Origin: the human T2T-CHM13v2.0 reference genome, Homo sapiens
Length of the DNA: 64,000 bases
Assembly (NCBI RefSeq): GCF_009914755.1
Contig: NC_060926.1
Direction: 5' to 3' (one strand)
The notes beneath the pieces were generated by a model. It had not been told where the DNA came from, made no database searches, and saw only the letters and a list, made by a program, of their open reading frames with translations. The number at the start of each line of letters is the position of its first letter. The first letter of the stretch is position 1. This document shows, piece by piece, positions 52,901-64,000 of the stretch. The translations under genes were made by a program, and so were the position numbers.

Positions 52901-54849
52901 ACTACAAGGGGTATATTAAACATACACAATTACTAGACTGGAACTCATGAGCACCCATGCAGAATATTTGAAAGCATAAAGACATCTTAGTGAGTTTTGA
53001 AGCTATTACCTAAGAAGTCTTTGGTAATTTTCTAAACTGCCTAAGGCATCTGGGAAGGCTCCTTTTTCTTCTTCTTATGGAGGAACAATTAAAAAAAAAA
53101 AAACAACTGAGGCCCAGTTGGAGAGTACGTATTCTATAGCAGGTTTTCTGCATATCTTTATTGATTACCATCATTTCTCTCACAAGTAACAGACATTCCA
53201 ACCAGCAGAAGTTTTAGCTCTAGTTGCAAAACCAAAGGCAGAACTATGTTTATGACTCTAGACAACACAATCATGGTATCTAGTGAAAACCAAAACTCTC
53301 ACCTACTTCCCCAGACATGAATGGATTCTGCCAACTCTCCATATCTAATCACCCTGGTTTCTTTTCGCAATATGGTGAAATTTTAGACAATAAGAAGAAT
53401 ATTTATTATTTACAACTATTAATATAAATAAAACAATTTTTATTGATTTTTGTTTTCCAAACACAATTTCTAGATCTATCATTGATGCACACATACTATA
53501 GGAACACTTCGGTAACATGGCAACAAGGAAAGCCTAAATAATTCTGGAATTAGATACAAAAGACACAAACAATGCTTCAAAGTGAAAGTAAATCGCCTTT
53601 TTTCAATATTAAAACTTATCTCAACATTTCCATAGTTACAGAAAGCTTGAGTGATCTTGGAAAGAACTCTATGCACAGAGAGCTTTAATTGTTGTTTCCT
53701 TTAAACTAGGGGCCATTTTTCTAATTCTGGCAATATACAACTCTCTTCAGCATTAAGATTCTTGATTTATGCTCCTACATAAATCCCCTCCCTCATCATC
53801 CTAATGAGTAAAGCCTGGTAGGAAAGGGAACACATTTTGATTAATAGTGCTTTGATAGTTATCACTTCTTTGTTTATGAGAAAACTTGCTAGCTGCCTCT
53901 TAGTTGCAAATTAGAAAATGATACTTCAGTCATCCAATCCTCTCAGGTTTCTAAGAGAATTCAGTTCTAGTTAATTAGTGTTAATGAACTGCTATTCTTT
54001 TCCTGGCACTGTATTTAGTCAGTGCAAACACAGGAATGATCATGGTGCTTGCCCTGAAAAAGCTTATAGTTTAATCAGGGAGATAGACATATGAAGATGT
54101 AAGTGAAATAGTGTTATTGAAATGTGGCTTCTATACGCTATGCAGACAACGGGAAAAGATGAGGCACTGCAGAGAAATAAATAAATTCTAGTGGGAATGA
54201 GAATGTGTAACAAGTGAAACTTCCAAGCCCACTAGTTTGTGAACAGAAATGTGGTCACATCAACATATTAATCACCCTAACCAGCTGATACAATAGCGCC
54301 CCATGAACTCTGCTCTGGTGTTTCTGAGAGTCCCCAGGTAGTGTCTTATATCCTCCTAACGTACTTGTTTTTTTTTCCTTCTGCTCCTGCTTTGCTGTTC
54401 ATGTTCACTGTTTATAAATTGAGGAATCTCCTCCTCACCTACATGGTGAGAAGTGCCCTCCACAGGACATCTGCTTTCCTGCTCAGCATGCCAAATCCAC
54501 ATGCCACTGGGACACTAAACAGCAGTGGACTTTTCATACCCCACTCTGTGGGACACATACTGAGTTCTATGTCTCTTTCCAATCTCTGTATTACAGTTGC
54601 CCAGCTGTGACTGAAGCACTACTGATTGCATGATTTGCACAATGTCCTGCATGGATTTTCTTCTTTATATTTTACCTGTAGCCTCTCCCTCTAATGAATG
54701 GAATCTTAAACACTGGTGCAACACACACTCTCTAAATTCTAGACATCTGAACATCAACATTTTCTTTATTAAGCCTTCTCTGCAACTCTCCTGTTCCTTG
54801 ATTATGAATGATGGTAAGTGTATGTTACATGGGGAATACTAGCTTACCA

Positions 54850-55700
54850 ATTCATGAGACAGAGCCAGACCACGAACTCTACTTGGACTTAATTCCTGCT
54901 TTTACTTCTAGGAGAGATGAAGCCTGAATTTAAACTTAATGACTAGACAGGAAAGGAAGAGGAGCCACACAGACAAAGGACAGAATGTGAGTCAGTCCAG
55001 AGTGCTTTAGGAACTGTAAGGAAGTGTCACATGGATGGAGGGGGAGCAGGACCAGATCGTAGAGCCCCTGAGTTCTCTGCTTGGAAATAACGACTCATTT
55101 GGCTTGATATTAGGGAGCCATGACTCCATTTTACCTGAAGGAAATAATATAGTGTTGACTCTGCAGCACAGTGCTCACTGTGATCTACAAAAATGTGGAA
55201 GCTTAAAAGAAGACTGAAAATACTAGAGAGAATTAGCATTTGAGAGACAATTATGATAATTGATGAGTGAGTAATTACTGAAATGCAGCATTGGCTGTGA
55301 GATAAATATAAGAGACTACAGGGATATAAGCAATTAGGAAAGAAGAACATCATCACCAATTTTCTAGGTTGCATAACTTAGAAAGTGTTAATACCATTAA
55401 CCAAAACAGAAAAATAAGCTAGAGAAGCAGGTTTGCAGGTGAAGTTGGGGAGTGGGGAGAAGATAAACATAGTTACAAATGTGTTGAGCTTAAAAACCCT
55501 GTGGTACATTGTGAACAGGGGACCTGTAAGAATTTGGGTATATCTTAAGCTGGATCCCAGCAGGCAACTGGGTTGGAGACACAGGTTTGAGTCATCAGCA
55601 TGTACATGGTAGTTTAATCAGATTAGTGGGACAGATTGCAAACCTAGGCAAAGCTTGAATGAGAAAAAAGATGAGGACCAAAAACAGAACACTTAGGAAA
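54850..55700 (-). mobile_element. L2 relic, antisense
   Basis: GTGTTGACTCTGCAGCACAGTG; GGAGACACAGGTTTGAGTCATCAGCATGTACATGGTAGTTTAA. Confidence 0.6.
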
Positions 55701-57332
55701 ACAAAAAATATATAATACGTATTTGCTGGACTAGTACATGATAAAAAGTAATTTGTCCTATGTTCTCTGTTTTATTCACATGATTTCCTATAAGAATCCT
55801 TTTTCTATTTCATTTTTTATTCTTTTGTCATTTTTTTCATAAAGAGGTAAATGTTGTGCTGTTACTTGTCCTGAAGATGAATATTCTGTTCAGAAATGAG
55901 GCTGAAAACATTGTCAACAAGATTAGGTATCTGGAAAATAACGTTAAGTTTCATGAAGCTGTTCAAATAAAAGGCCCTAGAGTTCAACACATTTCTACTG
56001 CACACTAATTGCCATAACAACACATATAGATGCATTTATTGAAATCAAGTTTCAAGGCAGAAATGTCCAAACTTTCTCAAGATACTCCAGTGCCTGGTAC
56101 TTTTTACACAGTGTCTATGCTGTGGGGGTAAAGTCCAGCACATCTGAAATTTGCCTAAATTGTTTTCCTGAGGTAAGAGGTGTGCCTTCAGGGTGCTGAC
56201 TGACCCTTGGTCAAGGCATAACATCCACTGATTAATAGTGTTATTTTGTAACAATGGGTCCAAGGATGTTTGTGTCAATTTGATGGCATGGTTTATTGAT
56301 AAACAGTAAGATGATGGTTTGCCCCTAGTTTCAGCAAGAACCCCCGGGAGGGCCCTACCATTGGAGCCATTTATGTAACAACAAATATGCCTAGATAACA
56401 AGCAGGGTATAAGAAACCAAGGCCAAGCCTCCATAGTGAACTCCCTGGTTCTGAGGTGCCAGTGCACACGATGACATGGTCCTGATCCAAGAGAGGAAGT
56501 GTATCCAGTATGGTCCTGAAGCAAGTGGAAAGTTTCACTCATGCCTGGTCTCTCCACACCCTTTACTGTGGGGCAGCCTTTGGCTGCAAATGCAAGTTCT
56601 TATTTTAATGTTGTTTCTAAATTATATCATTTTCCTCCAAGAAATCATAGATTTGTAAGTACTGGCATTTTGGGTCCTATAAATCTTTAAAAACTGAATC
56701 CCGTCTGGCTGCCACCATTAACACAGTGCCTCCAAACCAAATTAATTAATTAGCTAGGTCCAAATAATTTAACAAGTGTTTATTAACAACTTAGTCGTCA
56801 TTTGAAAGAAAACAATATGCACACATGGAAAGAACACATACAACTTTCATCTCATGTTTAAGTAACCACAATTAGTCACTAATGAGGTATGTGCACCTGA
56901 GGATGCTGTAAAAGTCAAACCTTGGAATCAGATTGGGCACTGCCACCCTTGTGTCCTGTTCCATGATGATTTTCATGTCATGTTTTCTTTGTATCACAGC
57001 AACCTCCCAAATCCCAGCCGGCATCACCTAGAGGAAAATTGCTCAGTCTAATGCTCAAACTGTGAGCTGCCTTGAGAGTATTTTGTGGGATGTCTAACAA
57101 ACATTGTTGCATTTCGCTGAAACATTTAAACTATCCCAAGATACCCATGTGAATTTTCCATGGCGCCCAAGGGCACTTCAGCAACTTTTGGGACCCACAG
57201 ATATAAGAGAATGACAGAAACAAATTCCTTGTTCGCACAGGCTTTCCATCAGAGTCAACAGTTAGGGTTTGGAGATGGTAAGTTGATAAGGGTCAGTATG
57301 GAAAGACTATATATATATTCTTCAATATTCTA

Positions 57333-57501
57333 TATTCTAGACATTGTAGAAAATTCAAGAACGGGATGCTGAGCTGCGATACCTTAGGAATTTAGAGAGT
57401 GAGCCACCTTCTACTTTTTGAAATATTATGTTTAATTCTATAAGCCAGAAGGGACTTAAGAGTCAAGTTGCCTCCAAAAGGTGATAAAAATGAATTCTTG
57501 G
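57333..57501 (+). repeat. Direct repeat copy 1, 169 bp, probable inserted copy
   Basis: About 15 differences versus 58815-58982 by manual alignment. Confidence 0.95.
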
Positions 57502-58047
57502 CATATATATATACACATACATACATGTGTATATATACATATATATGCATACATATATACATATATATTCATACATATACACATACATATATGTGTATAT
57601 ATACACATATATACATGTATGTATGTATATATACACATATATACATGTGTATGCGTATATATACGCATATACACATACATGTATGTGTATACACATATAC
57701 ACATACATGTATGCGTATATACACATACACACGCATACATGTATGCGTATATATGCACATACACGCGCATACATGTATGCGTATGTGTACACATACACAC
57801 GCATATATGTGTATGTGTGCACATATACACGCATATATGTGTATGTGTGCACATATACACGCATATGTGTGTGTATGTGTGCACATATACACGCATATAT
57901 GTGTGTGTATGTGTGCACATATACACACATATATATTATATATAAACGTTTATATATAATATATATACACATATATATAAATGTTTTATATATATTATAT
58001 ATACACATATATATTGTATATAAATATATAATAGAGAGAGAGAGAAA
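57502..58047. repeat. Complex (TA/CA/CG)n microsatellite with embedded 30-34-bp minisatellite units, ending in (GA)n
   Basis: ACATATACACGCATATATGTGTATGTGTGC-like unit repeated about 4 times at 57791-57916; source of the long H/T/Y/C/V-rich ORFs. Confidence 0.95.
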
Positions 58048-58319
58048 GAGATGGAGTCTAGCTTTGTCACCAGGCTGGAGTGCAGTGGCATGATCTCGGC
58101 TCACTGCATCCTCCACCTCCTGGGTTAAAGTGATTCTCCTGCTTCAGCCTCCCAAGTAGCTGGCAGCATGAGCTGTCACGCCCAGCTAATTGTGTATTTT
58201 TAGTAGAGATGGGGTTTCACCGTGTTAGCCAGGATGGTCTCAATCTCCTGACCTCGTGATCTGCCCACGTCAGCCTCCCAAAGTGCTGGGATTTCAGGCA
58301 TGAGCCACCGCACCCGGCC
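58048..58319 (-). mobile_element. AluS (Sc-like), antisense, poly-A tail replaced by microsatellite
   Basis: GAGATGGAGTCT...CTCCTGACCTCGTGATCTGCCC...CACCCGGCC. Confidence 0.93.
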
Positions 58320-58749
58320 AACAGTATTTTTTTAACCCCCAATATTCATTTTCTAGAAAAAGAGATGAAACGTGGCTGAAATCAGAAACTTAAGACACAC
58401 CTGAAAAATAGCTTATAATCAGTCTTGTCACCTAAATGAAACAAGTGTTATTTCCTTGTACTTTTTTCTGGAAAGGCTGTGGGTCATCTCTTCACAGTGC
58501 CCTTGTAGGGTAAAGAAGCCAAATCTGTCAGGAACAGGTGTTTTCAGCAGGGGAAAGTCATATTCCAACCGACAGGAGTTTCCCTTTGTGAAAATTTACC
58601 TTTGAAAGATGGAGAAGGTAATTTCAGGTCTATAGATTTCTGATCTTTGAAAAGTCAATAGAGAAACTTTCTGAATGAGATTCTTTATTACATAGTGTCT
58701 GGCTGGTTCTTGTCCTCCACTGCTCCCAAAAACAGCTATCAGCTTTTTC

Positions 58750-58890
58750 TATTCATTCATTTACTCATTCAGTCATTAAGCATTCATTGACTGTCAGCTT
58801 TAAGACAGGTGTACTATTCTAGACATTGTGGAAAATTCAAGAATGGGATGCTGAGATGCGATACCCTAGGAATTTAGAGAGTGAGCCACT
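58750..58890 (-). mobile_element. L2 3' end fragment, antisense
   Basis: ATTCATTCATTTACTCATTCAGTCATTAAGCATTCATTGA...GTACTATTCTAGACATTG. Confidence 0.6.
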
Positions 58891-58982
58891 TCATACTTTT
58901 TAAAATATTATGTTAAATTCTATAAGCCAGAAGAACTTAAGAGTCCAGCTGCCTTCAAAAGGTGATAAAAATGAATTTTTGG
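58815..58982 (+). repeat. Direct repeat copy 2, 168 bp, probable donor
   Basis: Aligns to 57333-57501 and is continuous with the upstream L2 fragment. Confidence 0.95.
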
Positions 58983-59082
58983 TCAATTCAAATGCTCTTT
59001 GTTCATTGAGGTGTTTATGGACATAAATCTTGATGGGCTTGACTTCCAGGGAAGTGATTCTGTGGCATTAAAAGTGAATGCA

Positions 59083-59213
59083 GGCTGGGAACCATGACTC
59101 ACACCTGTAATCCCAGCACTTTGGGAGGCTGAGCAGGAGGATTGCTTGATCCCAGGAGTTCAAGACCATCCTGGGCAACATAGAGAGATCTCATCTCTAC
59201 AAATGGAAAAAAA
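59083..59213 (+). mobile_element. FLAM/AluJ left monomer
   Basis: Monomer with GGAGGATTGCTTGATCCCAGGAGTTCAAGACC followed by an A tail. Confidence 0.85.
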
Positions 59214-62139
59214 ACAAAAGTGCAGCCATGTGTTCTAAGGGTATCATGGAGGCACCCAAGTGGCACAGGAAGCCTTTCATCCCCACTTTATGGCAGCATC
59301 ATTTTAACCTATTCTATCTATTGGACCTAAAGTAGGTTTTCAAACAAAAGAATTCTCTTGATAAGAGGGAGAAAAGCTCCCCCACCCAAAAAAAACACCG
59401 TATTACTCTCTATTCTGCTAGCTTCCTTTCACCCAAGATAACATAGTCTCCTGTAGGGAAGTTCCAAATAAATCACATGCCTCTGAGTTTTCACACTCTT
59501 GTTCACATTTGTTGGCAGTTAGGGTCATGTTATGCACCATCACGCATGTCTTAGAGCACTTTTTTTCTAGTTATGTGGAGAGAATTAATATATGAGTTTA
59601 CTAACTAACTAAAGCAAAAGAGCACAATATAGCAGGATCCTTCTCATTTTATAGGAGGGGCATTCAGAAAAGTCCAACAAGAAGTTATAGGCAAAAAACT
59701 AAGGCTAGTGAATCACACCCTCACCTCTCTGTCTCAGCTTGATCATATTTAAAGAGAAATGACTCAGGAAGACAAAGATGAGTAAATCACATCTATTGCT
59801 GTCAAAGGCTGGGTGGGGGAATGCGGATTTAGGCCTGTTAACTAGGTGGACCCTTTAATACTATGTCCTTGAATGTAAATTACCCACTCCATTACAAGCA
59901 TTGTGGGACATCATTGGCAACTCATCTGCAAGTCAGCACCACACATGGCCAAGGGTAGAGGGAAGCGTAAGCTCTTTGCAGGCGGGAATATCCATTCTGA
60001 GAGAAAAAGGAGAGTATCTTAAGTCACTGCACCCAAAGTATTAATCAGCATTCACTCCTATTCTTTTGGAAAGGAGTAACGAAGTGGCAAGACATGGAGC
60101 TGGGAGTGTAAAGGGAACATCTCTCCAGGTGGAAATCAGAGGAGGGGGAACAGCACCCCACACTGACGTCACGTAACACTGCCATGAGTTGGGAATCAGG
60201 ATGAGAAGTCCCAGTGTGAAAAGGAGTGGAGGCTTGGAGGGAATACTTAAATCAACATACAGATGATGGTCAGAACTGTGATAGCATAACTGTAATACCG
60301 AGTTCTGCAGCTTACGCTCTCATAGCTATAAGCAACTAGATCAGCCCACCAAGTAACACCTTTAGAGATGTGATCATGAAGTCACAGGTGATAGAATTCT
60401 TGATAATAGAAAGGCAGAGAGAGGAGACAGGTTAATACTGGGATTAACACATTCCAGTGCTACCCAGCAGTATCTCCAGAATGAATTTGTGTCTCAATAC
60501 TTTAAATTAGAAAGCATCCTGAGTACATCTCTATAATTAAAATAGAAAGAATAACTACACTTATATTAAATGTGAAAGGAAACATTCAGGAAAGATGAGG
60601 AAGGGGATTGAAGGCAAGAATTGTAATAGGAAAGGCCCACTTTACCTTCTTCTTTCCCCACATTCTTGATAAAACTCAGGAATTTTCCTCATTTCTCATT
60701 TATAAGTCACTCTCTTTTGAGAAGAGAGGTTTTAAAAAATAAATCATCAATTTATTTTCATCACTACCCATTCCCTAAGTATAATCATTCTGTCGATTTA
60801 CAAAGTAACAGTTTATAAAGAAATCTGAGCCACATTTACATTTTCTTTAACACTTGGTGGGATTTGTTTCCAGTCTATAGAATAGTGCACTCCAAATGCA
60901 CGTGTAAGGCCTTCTAAAATCTCTAACTGCTGTCCAAAGGCTGATTCTGAAGACAGGTCCGGAGGCAGAGTTGCCTATCTCTGGAATTTCATTATGTGCT
61001 GAAGCATAGTGCTGGCCACTCAGGTTTATTACAGAAGGGCCTCCTTATGACTTGGGACTTGGCCTATGGCCTTTTATGATCAGGTGTATCTTAGGGAGAA
61101 ATGTGTACTTCTTGGTGCTCTTGATCTTGCTCTTCCAGGAGATGTTCAGGTTGAAGCATTAAACAAACAATTCCCGAGAAATATGAAATTGCCCAAAGGT
61201 CACAGAGCAAAGAATCTATATGTCAGCTTACAGAAGTAGTTCAAGACTTTCAGAAATTTCATTAAATTCATCTTTTAGTTTGATCCACTTACATTTCTCA
61301 TTGGGAGTAATTTCCCTGACATTAGAGTAAATGCATAGGTTCTTTAAACTGTCAAAACCTCACCTTCTTTTTCTGCAAAAGGGATTCAGACTTCCCACCT
61401 ATTATAGTTGCTGTAGGTACCAATGTTAAAATGAAATGTACAAGAAAGTGTTTTGCTAATGGGAAAAATTAAATGTGAAGAGGTGTATCATTTCCTCCAC
61501 ACCAATCATAACATGATGTAAGCAAAATACATAATAAGTGTCTTTACTCCAAATAGACCAAAATTCAGAGAGAAGGTGAACAAATAAAATGGTAAAGTTA
61601 CATATTTATGGTGTAGTTGAAATAGTTTATAAAGGCAAATTATATCTAATTACATAAGTAAATGAATGGGAAGAATAGGTATTCAGACTCTGTCTTTTGG
61701 GACAAAATAAGTGAGATGATGTAATCTCAACAGTTTTCCTGGTGAAAGGATCAGCTTGACAAAGTCTATTAATCTATTCCATTAATCCAGTCCTCTATTC
61801 CTCAACATTCTATTGATATATTAATTAATCTATTCCTTTCTTAATCTATTATTCTCTTCCTCTTCATCATGATTTTCAAAGTCTGCATGCTGTAGTCCAT
61901 CATCTATGACTCCAGCCAATTTCCCAAAAACCCCTGTATGAACTCCCTCACACTTAGTTTTCCAAATAGTCTGGCACATGTGAACAATCTGAATGAATAT
62001 TCAGCAATCAAGCACTCAACATTAAAAAAAAATTGGCCACATGGTAGGTGTCTTAGAGTTTTAAGAGAGTATGTAGAAATGAACAAGACACACACGACTT
62101 CTGTCCTCACTAGAGTCCAGATAGTCTATCTTACACATA

Positions 62140-62460
62140 CACTAAAAAACCTCATCAGGATTATACTCTATTTCAAATCCTTCAACAACTCTCCATTGCT
62201 TGAAGAACAAATGCCAATTTTCTTTCTATGACATTCCAGCTCCTCCTTTTACATTTTCAGCTTTATCTCTCACCAGTCTTCTGTATGCGTCCCAACCTAT
62301 GAGCCACATTCAATTACTCACTGTTCCCCATGCTCATCATGTAATTTTATTGCTCTAGGTCTTTGCACAGGGTGCCCCTTCTGTCTGAAATGCCAGTTGC
62401 CAGTCACTTCATCTCTTTCTGGCAAATGCTTAATCATTATTCAAAATTTCTGAATGAATA
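62140..62460 (+). mobile_element. L2 relic
   Basis: TTCAAATCCTTCAACAACTCTCCATTGC...GGTCTTTGCACAGGGTGCCCCTTCTGTCTGAAATGCC. Confidence 0.6.
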
Positions 62461-62609
62461 AAAAAGAAAGAGAAGTTGAAAAGGAGTAAAGGGAAATACA
62501 TACATTCTCTTTCCAGTACATTATTCTTCAGAATTCTGGTTGTCATCTAGACAATAGGTTTTTCCACTGCTCACTCACTCATTCAATCAATCAATGTATT
62601 TTAAAAACT

Positions 62610-63075
62610 ATGAATTCCCTCAAAGATGACCACCAACACTTCTTCCCATCCTAGAACTCATTGACCTCTCCTTCCTTCCAGAGGTGGACTCTATTTCACT
62701 TCCACTTAAATCTAGGCTGGCTTTGACAAACGGAATGCAGCGAACATGACACCATGCCAGTCCTGGGCCCAACTTGTAAAAGGCTTGGCAGCTTGAGCTT
62801 CGCTCTCTTGGAACCCAGCCTCCATACACTAGGGAAGCCTATCTAAGCTAATGGAAGAAGAGGTAGACCATGTGGAGAACTGATGTGCAGCCAACAGCCG
62901 ACACTGTCTGACAGATATATGAAGGAGACCATCTTGGACTTCCCAGCCCCGGCTCAGCTCCCAGCTCAGTGCAGGACTGCTTATCAACTCGCAGAATCAC
63001 GAGAAACAAGAAAGTATTGTTGTTTTAAGCTGCTAAATTTGGGGGTATTTTGTTATGTAGCAACAGATTGAAACA
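62610..63075 (+). mobile_element. MLT1 (MLT1H-like) MaLR LTR
   Basis: CCTCAAAGATGACCACCAACAC...TTGTTGTTTTAAGCTGCTAAATTTGGGGGTATTTTGTTATGTAGCAACAGATTGAAACA. Confidence 0.82.
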
Positions 63076-64000
63076 TTATGCCAGTCACAAAAGATAAAAG
63101 GTAGAAGTATATATTCTAAAATAACTCACTAACTAGCAGAAGATATGAGTGTATAAATATTTAATGACATATTACAAACACAGGTATAAGAATTACAGAA
63201 ACTGTCTTATTACTAACCTATTTTTTGGTGGAAAATATTAAGACATATTTTTCTTTACAGTGGTGAGAAATTAAAAACAAACAAATAAACTAATGAGATG
63301 GCCCATAGACCAGTAAAGAGGTTTCTTGGAAGAATCCTATAGGTTTTCAGATCCATCTTCTTTCATTATTAAATAACCATGATAACATGAGTCTGAAAAT
63401 TCCTTGTTAATTTTCATTTGGCAATGTGAGAAGGCAAAAAGAATTGTGAGATAATTTCTCATTTTCTGTCTTGCAGTTTTTCCAGAGGCCTCCAAATTAG
63501 TTTTTTATTAAATGATTATTAATATTTCCAGTCAAGTCCTCTGGTGCCATATGGAAGTTTTACTTTTTATTCAGTACATATGTGAAAGTCTGGACTGTAC
63601 AGAGTAGGAAAAAATCATTTCTCAGCTGGCATTGTCTTCCCCAGAGAATGTGTTGTTCTCAAAGCTAGTGCATCATGTTAAGTACCATCTTTTTCTCAAT
63701 ACTGTGCTGGTCATGAAGATGGAAGAAGAGGTGAGTTAAATATTCTAGAAAAACACATCTGCAAAACTATCAGCAGATTTATCTGCCAGAAAGGGCTTTC
63801 CCATGCACCTTTCCATACCATTTCAAGAACGGAAAGGCAGAGGATGGAATAAGAGAAGGAATCCAAAGTATGTCAAGGTTCTTTTATGGATTTTTCGTTG
63901 TTGTTGTAGCCAGGATTAAATGACCTGTTATTACTATTAAAAAAAATCCAAACAAGCAGGCAGTCAAAGACATATTTAAGTTGCAAAGTATCAACATGTT

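Noticed and set aside
57456-58116. Several 119-217 aa ORFs
   Set aside because: They translate the TA/CA microsatellite and Alu; low complexity and open in many frames.
58048-59213. Inverted Alu/FLAM pair as a dsRNA element
   Set aside because: A common arrangement between diverged subfamilies with only about 130 bp of pairing.

Overview
AT-rich, CpG-poor primate (human-like) genomic DNA that reads as intronic or intergenic. I recognise no protein-coding exon, tRNA/rRNA gene or CpG island. Most ORFs in the track come from Alu, L1 or microsatellite sequence, and 7437-7874 is a dead L1 ORF2 reverse-transcriptase fragment. A large share of the window is interspersed repeat: 11 Alu/FLAM copies, L1 fragments from L1PA3 to L1ME, L2/MIR relics, MaLR/ERVL solo LTRs and MER58A. 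The most notable signal is three local copy-and-paste insertions of different ages, each copied from within about 1.5 kb. They are a 117-bp inverted copy (116/117 identical, 18348-18464 to 19621-19737), a 169-bp direct copy dropped into a (TA)n tract (about 91% identical, 58815-58982 to 57333-57501), and a fold-back insertion inside an L2 (about 3407-3510). All three resemble template-switch or polymerase-theta repair scars. I also list a 5'-inverted L1PA8A-like element, candidate + strand non-coding exons and candidate enhancer motif clusters. Subfamily names come from recalled consensus sequences, and the boundaries of old repeats are approximate. I found no convincing new coding system.
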